A stretch of 64,000 nt of DNA, taken from IMG/VR virus record IMGVR_UViG_3300029839_000128; one strand, written 5' to 3'. Origin of the DNA: a virus. Lineage: Duplodnaviria; Heunggongvirae; Uroviricota; Caudoviricetes. Both the position numbers and the translations under genes were made by a program. Below the pieces are notes generated by a model. That model had not been told where the DNA came from. It saw only the letters and a list, made by a program, of their open reading frames with translations, and searched no databases. Positions 28,219-35,432 of this stretch are shown here, piece by piece (position 1 is the first letter of the stretch; the number at the start of each line of letters is the position of its first letter).

Positions 28219-28239
28219 TTAATTTAATGAGTTGCTAAC
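28219..28239 (-). promoter_or_regulatory. conserved leader motif (GTTAGCAACTCATTAAATTAA)
   Basis: Upstream of the cysteine desulfurase. Followed by AAGGGAGG and a hairpin (CTCAGAACG...CGTTTCTGAG). Confidence 0.45.
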
Positions 28240-29775
28240 TTATGCTAAAGAGCGCATAGCATCCTCTACGGGCTGATAGCGCTCAGTATTGAGGGTTTCC
28301 AGCAGGCACTCATAAGGATCGAGCTTCCCACTCATTACCATTTTGGCAATGTTGGGAGAGAAACCGCTAACCAAAGCCACACCCAGATCGTTCTCCTTAA
28401 CAGGAATGGTGCCGGTGCGCGAATTGACATTCCAGAAGACCATCCGGGGCAACTGGTAGCCAGCATCCTGATATCGCTGAGCGATAGTGTCAAAGAGAGT
28501 GACGCTGGGGCGATTACGGGTATAGCTGTACCGAGATCTGACACCGCAAGTAGCACACCCATCGAACTCCATATCTGAGATGATGAGGATGTTCTGAGGA
28601 AGATCTTCCTGACACATATTGTTCTGGATGGCGGTATCCAGAATGAGATTGAAAACCGCCTCAATATTGGTATTGGCGACCTCATTATGGCGGCGGGCGA
28701 TACTCAACTTCTCGCGCAAGCTTTTACCCTTGCTGAGATCCACCAGCCTGGGAGTCTCGGAGAAGGTGATGTAGTTATCCTTAAACTGACCGGAGGAACG
28801 CTCAGCGAAATAAATTGCCAGAGCATTGGCAACTTCCAGAGCGGACACATCAGTGCCACCGACGCGGACGCTCATGCTTCCACTGCCGTCCGCCACAACA
28901 ATGGTATTGCCACATTCCTGAACAGTATCAGGCAAAGACTGCCACAGCGCCTCCAAAGTGGCGTCAGTACCAGACTTGCGACCATACTGATGTACGATGT
29001 CGTGAGGGAAAAGGGTTCCAGCGTTAATCTTTGCCTCGCCACGCTCGACGCTGGCAAGGAACTCACGACGACGATCCTCGTCGTGACGGAGGAACGCACT
29101 ATTGTAACGCAGATTTGCACGAGAAGGAACGCGCTGATAATCAATCTTATCCCAATCACGGGAAGACATCTGGCGCTCTACAACCTTCAGATACTCGGAC
29201 AGATTAGACAGGGTATGCTGATACTCTCGTTCGGTCATGTTCAGTGCCTTGCACAGCATGGATGCGTAACGACGTGACAGCTGAGAAGAGGATTTACGGC
29301 GAGGCATCCACTTGGCAAGCAGAGAAATACTCTTGTTCTCTTTGGCATCGGCCACATCCTGATAAAGCTGTTGAGCAACCAGAGTAAACACCTCGTCAGC
29401 AACGGCAGTATCCAACAGACACCAGAGGTCGTCCCAGCGGCCATATTCAGGCACCAGCGACACAACCGCCTGAATATATTCGGGATGCTCCTTTGCCATA
29501 GCCTCAATTACGGAGCGGAACAGACGACGCTCGCCCAGACCACCACGAATATCACGGGCAAAGAACAGCCACTTCATAGCGACAATCTTATCCTCAAAGA
29601 AAGCCGTAATGAAACGATCGGCGATATCTTGTTCAGAAGCAGAACGCAGAGAAGCGACCGCGAAGTTGAGATCCAGCAGCTTCCTTCCGGTAGTACGATA
29701 GCCCACAGCACCATTTTCGGTAATAGCGGGCGCACCATCAAGAGTAGTCTTGACAGCAGACATAAAATTGCTCAT
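28240..29775 (-). CDS. DUF2828-like protein with vWA/MIDAS motif (possibly Ro60/TROVE-like RNA-binding module)
   Basis: 511 aa. Helical N-terminal half followed by VVADGSGSM (DxSxS MIDAS). Immediately downstream of the tRNA-like cluster. Confidence 0.45.
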   Translation of the reverse strand: MSNFMSAVKTTLDGAPAITENGAVGYRTTGRKLLDLNFAVASLRSASEQDIADRFITAFFEDKIVAMKWLFFARDIRGGLGERRLFRSVIEAMAKEHPEYIQAVVSLVPEYGRWDDLWCLLDTAVADEVFTLVAQQLYQDVADAKENKSISLLAKWMPRRKSSSQLSRRYASMLCKALNMTEREYQHTLSNLSEYLKVVERQMSSRDWDKIDYQRVPSRANLRYNSAFLRHDEDRRREFLASVERGEAKINAGTLFPHDIVHQYGRKSGTDATLEALWQSLPDTVQECGNTIVVADGSGSMSVRVGGTDVSALEVANALAIYFAERSSGQFKDNYITFSETPRLVDLSKGKSLREKLSIARRHNEVANTNIEAVFNLILDTAIQNNMCQEDLPQNILIISDMEFDGCATCGVRSRYSYTRNRPSVTLFDTIAQRYQDAGYQLPRMVFWNVNSRTGTIPVKENDLGVALVSGFSPNIAKMVMSGKLDPYECLLETLNTERYQPVEDAMRSLA

Positions 29776-29852
29776 TTTCTCTTACCTCCTAAAAAATTGA
29801 GATACCCGGAACACGATTTTCATTTGTTTGCTGTTTGTGTTCAGAGAAGTGA

Positions 29853-29965
29853 AACGGCAGGCAGGATTTGAACCTGCGAATGGCGGCTTGGCATTTTTAC
29901 CTTGCTGTTAGCGAAACTTGTTCGCATTTTTATGGCCGCTGTCTTAACCACTTGACTACTGCCGC
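29853..29965 (-). tRNA. tRNA-like gene t1 (113 nt) with ~40-nt insertion replacing the anticodon loop
   Basis: Minus-strand read: acceptor GCGGCAG/CTGCCGT, D arm GTC-AAGTGGTTAA-GAC, 5-bp stem GCGGC/GCCGC enclosing a 47-nt loop (hairpin GCGAA-CAAGT-TTCGC then TAACAGCAA), variable loop CATTC, T arm GCAGG-TTCAAAT-CCTGC. No CCA encoded. Confidence 0.55.
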
Positions 29966-30049
29966 GTATATGTCTGTCTTTCCAGACCGTCACCATTTCT
30001 GCCCATTTATGAGGTTGGTTTAGAATGGTTTAAGCAGCTCTTCCTCCGG

Positions 30050-30162
30050 TGCCGGGAGCAGGACTCGAACCTGCGACCACGGGATTAACAGTCCTAATTC
30101 ATTGCTGATGGCGTACACCCGGTACGCACAATTACGCGCTCTATCCGCTGAGCTATCCCGGC
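30050..30162 (-). tRNA. tRNA-Asn(GUU)-like gene t2 (113 nt) with ~40-nt insertion between D arm and anticodon arm
   Basis: Acceptor GCCGGGA/TCCCGGC, D arm GCTC-AGCGGATA-GAGC. Insertion GCGTAATTGT[GCGTAC-CGGGT-GTACGC]CATCAGCAATGAAT. Anticodon arm TAGGA-CTGTTAA-TCCCG (E. coli tRNA-Asn-type loop CUGUUAA). T arm GCAGG-TTCGAGT-CCTGC. Discriminator A. Confidence 0.6.
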
Positions 30163-30372
30163 ATATATAATGAGCTATGAGCGCTTCCCTCATAGAAATG
30201 ATGCCCTCCGCAGTTGCGCACCCGCTTCGGTAAGGCGCACGGTACTCTAACTACCCCGTTACGTTATTCACACGCTACACCATTTTGCATCAACCTTGAA
30301 TGCCGTTGTTTACACCGAGTAGCTATCTCGATGCGCGTAGTTAGCTAAACCACGACGCCTGTTCTGTTTGTT

Positions 30373-30449
30373 CGCTCCAGCCTGGGACTCGAACCCCGGC
30401 CCTCCGGCCATACTTCGGCCAGCGTGCTTTCCGCCTACACCACTGGAAC
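30373..30449 (-). tRNA. tRNA-like element t3 (77 nt), non-canonical (A33, mismatched T stem), possible pseudo-tRNA
   Basis: Acceptor GTTCCAG/CTGGAGC pairs 7 bp. T loop TTCGAGT present but T stem has a G-A mismatch. Anticodon-like loop GAAGTAT lacks U33. Confidence 0.35.
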
Positions 30450-30616
30450 TAAGGCACGACAAACTTAGTCAATGGGCTTTATCTTTGCCCACTCATTATT
30501 AACTTTTGGATGTCGGACTCACCAGAATTGCACTGGAGCGGCTGCAACCGTGACCCTTATCCGACAAAGATCATATATACTTTTCAGAAAGGAGGTCAAC
30601 GCCAAATGTACGCTGA

Positions 30617-30728
30617 TGCAGAAGGTGGGACTCGAACCCACGACACATCATTCCCTTTTTTAGATTGCTGTTGGTGTCACATCAATAACACACTTTTATG
30701 ATTACTCTACCAGCTGAGCTACTTCTGC
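30617..30728 (-). tRNA. tRNA-like gene t4 (112 nt) with ~39-nt insertion replacing the anticodon loop
   Basis: Acceptor GCAGAAG/CTTCTGC, canonical D arm GCTC-AGCTGGTA-GAGT. Stem ATCAT/ATGAT encloses a 46-nt loop (hairpin GTGT-N12-ACAC then CAACAGCAA). Variable loop GTGTC. T arm GTGGG-TTCGAGT-CCCAC. Discriminator A. Confidence 0.6.
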
Positions 30729-30811
30729 ATATTGCCGTCTGTCCGGCTGTCAAGCGTCAATCCGCTTTGTTTGAGAGAGAGGGGGAGAAATGAGAGTTAG
30801 CGGCTTGAGGG

Positions 30812-30923
30812 GAGGGAGCTACGGAATCGAACCGTAAACAAAAGATTTCAAGTCTTTTTTGTTTAAGTTTGCTGTAAGTGTCCGCCGCCAATTACACTGA
30901 AAATGTTGCCACCAGACGCTCCC
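30812..30923 (-). tRNA. tRNA-like gene t5 (112 nt) with insertion; anticodon arm with UGA anticodon (Ser-type loop CUUGAAA) but short variable loop
   Basis: Acceptor GGGAGCG/AGCTCCC (one mismatch). Hairpin GTGT-AATTGGCGGCGG-ACAC then TTACAGCAAACTT. Anticodon arm AAAGA-CTTGAAA-TCTTT. T arm TACGG-TTCGATT-CCGTA. D region atypical. Confidence 0.45.
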
Positions 30924-31018
30924 ATATAGATGCCGCACTTACACGGCAGTAGTGGTCTTTCCCACCGTCATTTGAAAGGGGGTCAATACGGATTTACTAT
31001 CGCCGGCCACCACACCAG

Positions 31019-31112
<94 letters not shown>

Positions 31113-31116
31113 ATAT

Positions 31117-31145
31117 AACGGGCCGGGGTTCGACCCGTTTTTGAC
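31117..31145 (+). terminator. hairpin plus T-run (ACGGGCCGGGGTTCGACCCGTTTTT), candidate intrinsic terminator / boundary element upstream of the tRNA cluster
   Basis: Stem ACGGG/CCCGT followed by TTTTT on the plus strand. Superficially T-arm-like but no tRNA fold around it. Confidence 0.35.
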
Positions 31146-31255
31146 TATGTTCCGTATTACCGCATCAGGGAAAACATCGGATGATTCAAGTGACGCACTT
31201 ACATTTATGTACCCAAAACATATGTATAAAGTTGCTGTGGGCGTCACAAACTCCC

Positions 31256-31537
31256 TTATTGCTCTTCTGTGATCAGAAGCTTAGAAAAGTTGGAAATAAT
31301 CGCAGAGTTATGAGAACGCTGCTTATTCATGTTCTCACGGGTTTTTGCCAGACTTTCGGCATATTCGTCGATCTCCCGCACAGCATCATCAAGTTGCTGA
31401 TTGATCAACTCCAAACTGGAGATAGTACGAGTCACCAAATCCACAGCCTCATTTGCCTGCTGCGTCAGCAGTGCAACCTCACTGGTTTTTTCCTGAAGGA
31501 TATCAGTAGAAACGCTCTGTTTCTTTACAAAAGCCAT
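31256..31537 (-). CDS. small coiled-coil protein (93 aa)
   Basis: ORF track. Heptad-like composition. Confidence 0.45.
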   Translation of the reverse strand: MAFVKKQSVSTDILQEKTSEVALLTQQANEAVDLVTRTISSLELINQQLDDAVREIDEYAESLAKTRENMNKQRSHNSAIISNFSKLLITEEQ

Positions 31538-31546
31538 ATACCCTCC

Positions 31547-32446
31547 TTAATTCATACCGTCAATACTAACAATAGCATTTGAACCGGACACGGTGGGCAG
31601 CTCACCATCCCACTGCTCATACTTAATCTTCTCAATCAGGGTGTCGGTCAAAGAGGCAGCAATTACGCGATTAGCTTCGGCCTCGGCCTCAGCAGCAATA
31701 CGAATTACATCAGCCTCGGCATTTGCCTCAATAATGGCCTTTTCTGCGGCGATCTGAGCGACTTCCTTATCCTTCTCGGCGTTGATCTTGGCAGTCTCCG
31801 CCTCAATATTCGCCAACTCAAGTTCTTGCTGAGCGGTAACTTTCTTTTGGATAGCTGCGGCAGTTTCAGCGTCTACAGAAATATCGGTGAAATTTACGGT
31901 GTCAATAATAATTCCGTACTTATCAAACTTTTCACGCAAGTAGGTATCCAGCTCGGCATTGATCTGGGTGCGCTTATCTCCAAAAATATCCGTTACGGGA
32001 TAATTTGCGGAAACTTCCTGCGTCCAGGCCACAATCTTGGGCTTGATAAAGGTATCCTTGATGCTCTCTCCAGACTTGCCCTTAAACATTGTGAATGTCT
32101 GGGCTACACGATCTTCATCGAAACGATAGGAAAACTCCAGGTTGACGCGAACTGTTTTACCATCAGAAGTGGGGATGCTAAAACTCTCGTCCTTGGGAGA
32201 GTCGCCTTTATCCTCAGCGGTCAGGTAGGACTGTTCAATTCCAATGGAATAGGTTGTGACCTTCTTGGTGGGAGCGACGATGTGCCAGCCCTGAGTCAAC
32301 ACCTCACCGTCCACGCCACCGTTCATATTGTATACGACACCTACATAACCTGCAGGAATACGCTCAGTACAGGTCAGTGTCAAAATTAGGCCACCAAAGA
32401 TGATGATTGCCAGGACGATGGCTCCAATAAAGCCTTTCTTTCTCAA
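31547..32446 (-). CDS. SPFH/band-7 (prohibitin/HflKC-like) membrane protein
   Basis: N-terminal TM helix then a band-7 core (VVYNMNGGVDGEVLTQGWHIV..) and a long Ala/Glu-rich coiled-coil tail. 299 aa. Confidence 0.65.
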   Translation of the reverse strand: MRKKGFIGAIVLAIIIFGGLILTLTCTERIPAGYVGVVYNMNGGVDGEVLTQGWHIVAPTKKVTTYSIGIEQSYLTAEDKGDSPKDESFSIPTSDGKTVRVNLEFSYRFDEDRVAQTFTMFKGKSGESIKDTFIKPKIVAWTQEVSANYPVTDIFGDKRTQINAELDTYLREKFDKYGIIIDTVNFTDISVDAETAAAIQKKVTAQQELELANIEAETAKINAEKDKEVAQIAAEKAIIEANAEADVIRIAAEAEAEANRVIAASLTDTLIEKIKYEQWDGELPTVSGSNAIVSIDGMN

Positions 32447-32452
32447 CTTACA

Positions 32453-32653
32453 TTACCTCGATTCGTCATTATTTGTTTTGATCTCTGCTGTGTTTTCCGG
32501 TGTGTCTTCCGGTTGCGGATCTTCATGCTGCATTGCGTCTTTCGCATCGCCTAACACTCGACTTATCAGCCTGCCGATCGGGATGAATGCGAACGATAGC
32601 AAAAGCCACAACACAGCCGCTATCAGGAAGACAAGAAAGATGAATACAGGCAA
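32453..32653 (-). CDS. small membrane protein (NfeD-like partner of SPFH protein)
   Basis: 66 aa, one TM segment, acidic tail. 6-nt gap to the SPFH gene. Leader motif 32678-32699 upstream. Confidence 0.5.
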   Translation of the reverse strand: MPVFIFLVFLIAAVLWLLLSFAFIPIGRLISRVLGDAKDAMQHEDPQPEDTPENTAEIKTNNDESR

Positions 32654-32723
32654 CGATACCCCCCCCTATGTTAAAATAGATGATTTAATGAGTTGCTATT
32701 CTAAACCTAAATGGCCGAAGCCA

Positions 32724-33641
32724 TTAGGTAAAGAGCTGCTTATAAAGCTTGTAGTCACGCACTCGCGCAACACGTTTGGCTTTGTTATTCAGATCCTCGC
32801 AAAATACCTTGGAAGCAAATTCCGGGTCATCCAAATCAAAAGAAGAGCTTTCGCACTCCAATCGGTATGCGCGGTAGAAAATACCAGAGATATATACCAC
32901 ATCATACCGAAGAGAATAAACGCGACCAGCGATGGCGTTCAGACGATAAAGCATTCCGCGCATATTGTCCAAGTCAATCTGAGGATTCCGCTCGGTACGA
33001 ATCAAATACTCGGAATACATATATTTGTGAAAGATCAAGCCTCTGGCTTGCTGATAATATCCTTCGGCATCCCGCAAGCGTTCAAATAGCCGGCAAATTT
33101 CGTAGGGCATTTCGATCTTCTCATCGCCCTTCATCACACCATCCTCAAGAACTGCATCTTTTCGGAAGTTGATAATTTCATCCTCGGTGAATCCATACCA
33201 GGCAAGGTAAAGTATTGCGGAAGGAAGATCGTAAAGTGTATCGTCATAGCTATCTGCGGATCTTACAGAATCGTTAATAGCCGCCTGCAATGTTGCAAGA
33301 TTTTTGTGGTAATGAATGTGCTTACTGTTCTTGATACTCAGGTCATCAACGGTGACAGATGCTAAAATTTGTTCCTGTTCCGCAGGAAGAATCCCGTGAG
33401 CAATCAAATATCGGATATAGAACATTACTACTGCCTTGTGGTTGGGGAGAGTTCTGGTGTGCCGGATACGCATGGAATTAAACATGGCAACAAACTCTTC
33501 TTTGGTAAATCCGCTATCCAGAGATTTTCCAATCTCCTGCTCATAAGCTTCGACCTTTTTCCAGACCTGATCGAATACTTTCAGATTTGCGAAAGAGGAG
33601 TATCCGTTTTCGGAGTCCTCGAAAAACTTCTTGCGGATCAT
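32724..33641 (-). CDS. hypothetical protein (305 aa)
   Basis: Start MIRKKFF at 33641 with GGATAGGAGAGGGG RBS (track ORF extends to 33716). Confidence 0.5.
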   Translation of the reverse strand: MIRKKFFEDSENGYSSFANLKVFDQVWKKVEAYEQEIGKSLDSGFTKEEFVAMFNSMRIRHTRTLPNHKAVVMFYIRYLIAHGILPAEQEQILASVTVDDLSIKNSKHIHYHKNLATLQAAINDSVRSADSYDDTLYDLPSAILYLAWYGFTEDEIINFRKDAVLEDGVMKGDEKIEMPYEICRLFERLRDAEGYYQQARGLIFHKYMYSEYLIRTERNPQIDLDNMRGMLYRLNAIAGRVYSLRYDVVYISGIFYRAYRLECESSSFDLDDPEFASKVFCEDLNNKAKRVARVRDYKLYKQLFT

Positions 33642-33751
33642 ATTCCCCTCTCCTATCCGTCGAATATTTTTCTGTGTTACTATAATAGCACTTGCGCTGA
33701 ACTTTGTCAATAGCAAATCAGAAAATTATTCAAAGAACTTATCGAGGAGTT

Positions 33752-34207
33752 TTACTTGCATTTGCGAGAAAGATATTCCAGTAAGTATGCTCGATCCTGG
33801 TCGGAGATATTATCCAGAAAATCAGTCAGGCGGTCAGGTTGTGCGGTAAGCTGCCGCCAAGTGATGTAGTTGGCCTGCCAAACGCCAAGCCAATATGCAG
33901 AAAGCCCGGAGTTTTCTTTTTGATCAAAGAAGCGATCTAACAGAGACTTGATTTCTTCTGTGGCAGCCTCCAGAGTATATCGTCTCTTATTTCTTCCGTT
34001 ACCGAGGATCACCAACACCACTTTGATTGGCTGGGAAACCTGAATATTCAGATAGATTTGAGCGCCGGACGCCTCTGAAAGCTGCGCAGGCAGCGAGCCA
34101 TGATAGGGAAGCATGATATTGTCTTTACTCGCACTGCACAAATCAATGGCATTGGCATCCAGCGCGAAACCACCGAAATCTTCGACCAGGCTATTCAAAA
34201 CTTTCAT
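33752..34207 (-). CDS. hypothetical protein (151 aa)
   Basis: ORF track. Divergent from the XRE gene. Confidence 0.45.
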   Translation of the reverse strand: MKVLNSLVEDFGGFALDANAIDLCSASKDNIMLPYHGSLPAQLSEASGAQIYLNIQVSQPIKVVLVILGNGRNKRRYTLEAATEEIKSLLDRFFDQKENSGLSAYWLGVWQANYITWRQLTAQPDRLTDFLDNISDQDRAYLLEYLSRKCK

Positions 34208-34245
34208 TTAGCATCTCCTCCAAACCTTTAACTCATTGACTCACA

Positions 34246-34274
34246 CGAACTGATGTGATATAATCAGGCTGAAG
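34246..34274 (+). promoter_or_regulatory. sigma70-type promoter TTGACT-N17-TATAAT for the XRE/ImmA pair
   Basis: TTGACTCACACGAACTGATGTGATATAAT located 90 nt upstream of ATG 34364. Confidence 0.6.
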
Positions 34275-34363
34275 ACACGATTATATTCGTTCTGGGTGTT
34301 ATAATACCAGAATAAAAGCGTGTTGTCAATACCCTTTCACGAAAACTTTCGGGAGGTTGTATA

Positions 34364-34738
34364 ATGGATTCCATAATTTATACCAGAATAAAAGAATTGT
34401 GCTCTGAAAATGGGATCACAATCAATAAATTGGAAGCTGAACTGGGAATGAGCCAATACTCCATTGGAAAATGGAAAAATACTACCACGCCGACTATTGA
34501 TAAAATTTCCAGAATTTCAAAATACTTTAATGTATCCATTGATTATCTTGTGGGTGCTTCCGAAATCCGATCCACCGTAGATGATTTGATGAAAGATCGG
34601 GACTTTGTTTCTCTGCAGCGAGCCAGAGAACGACTGTCCGAAAAAGATAAGAGTCGCATGATGGCAATGCTTAGGATTGGCTTTGACCATGCCTTTGCCG
34701 ACGAAGATACCGATACGTCCAATTTATCGGACACCTGA
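34364..34738 (+). CDS. XRE-family HTH transcriptional regulator (Cro/CI-type)
   Basis: LEAELGMSQYSIGKWKNTTTPTIDKISRISKYFNVSIDYLVG is an XRE-type HTH. Confidence 0.75.
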   Translation: MDSIIYTRIKELCSENGITINKLEAELGMSQYSIGKWKNTTTPTIDKISRISKYFNVSIDYLVGASEIRSTVDDLMKDRDFVSLQRARERLSEKDKSRMMAMLRIGFDHAFADEDTDTSNLSDT

Positions 34739-34779
34739 TATGGTTTAATATAAATTGCCATAAAAGGAGGGAGGTCAAA

Positions 34780-35382
34780 ATGGTTAGAAGAGTTTTTGTA
34801 CAGCGTAAGGTTTTGGAGCTGTATCAAAAGATGGACGCTATTCAATTTCCTATTCAGACTAACAAGCTGTTGACATATATTCCGTATCGCTGCCGTATTC
34901 TGACCTACCAAGAGATGGCTGCGGTGGCGAACTGTTCTAAAGAAGATGTAGCTATAATGTGCAAGAGTAGCTCCGGCGCAACCCACTATGATATTGAAAA
35001 CGATCGCTATCTAATTTTGTATAATGAGTCGATGAACCAAGGTAGAATTTTATGGACGCTATGCCATGAAACCGGGCATATCTGTTTAGGACATTTGCAA
35101 ACAATCGACTGCGCGGAAATTGCCAATAACGACGGGCAGGAACCCTACAATCAGTACGAGAGCGAGGCAGATTACTTTGCATGGAATCTCATTGCGCCGT
35201 TACCAATTATGCGGGAGATGAGTATTCGATCTGCTTCCGAGATTAAGGCAAAGTTTGGTTTATCTACTCAAGCTGCCGCCCTACAATACGATCGATATGT
35301 TAAGTGGTGCCAAGGGCACATTAAAACATCGTGGGAAAACAACATACTCCGAGAATTTCATGGGAAATTCATTCGACAGTAA
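34780..35382 (+). CDS. ImmA/IrrE-family metallopeptidase (HEXXH)
   Basis: LCHETGHICLGH (HExxH) with a downstream E. Paired with an upstream XRE regulator as in ImmR/ImmA modules. Confidence 0.7.
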   Translation: MVRRVFVQRKVLELYQKMDAIQFPIQTNKLLTYIPYRCRILTYQEMAAVANCSKEDVAIMCKSSSGATHYDIENDRYLILYNESMNQGRILWTLCHETGHICLGHLQTIDCAEIANNDGQEPYNQYESEADYFAWNLIAPLPIMREMSIRSASEIKAKFGLSTQAAALQYDRYVKWCQGHIKTSWENNILREFHGKFIRQ

Positions 35383-35401
35383 CTTAGATGTCTATTTGCA
35401 G

Positions 35402-35432
35402 AAAACCGCCCTCAAATGAGGGCGGTTTTTTT
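35402..35432. terminator. bidirectional intrinsic terminator
   Basis: AAAACCGCCCTCAAATGAGGGCGGTTTTTTT lies between convergent genes. Confidence 0.7.

Noticed and set aside
29853-30923. Group I/II intron or archaeal BHB intron explanation for the tRNA insertions
   Set aside because: The inserts are only about 40 nt, far below self-splicing intron size. Two of the four lie at the D-arm/anticodon-arm junction rather than at 37/38. No contiguous excision restores a canonical anticodon loop in t1 or t4. The intron idea is kept only as one hypothesis.
31117-31145. GGGGTTCGACCC read as a plus-strand tRNA T arm
   Set aside because: No acceptor, D or anticodon arms can be folded around it. It is a simple hairpin followed by TTTTT.
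32724-33641. Possible tyrosine-integrase N-terminal SAM-like domain in the 305-aa protein
   Set aside because: Only a vague resemblance (TKEEFVAMF...). No R-HxxR-Y catalytic motifs. Left as hypothetical.
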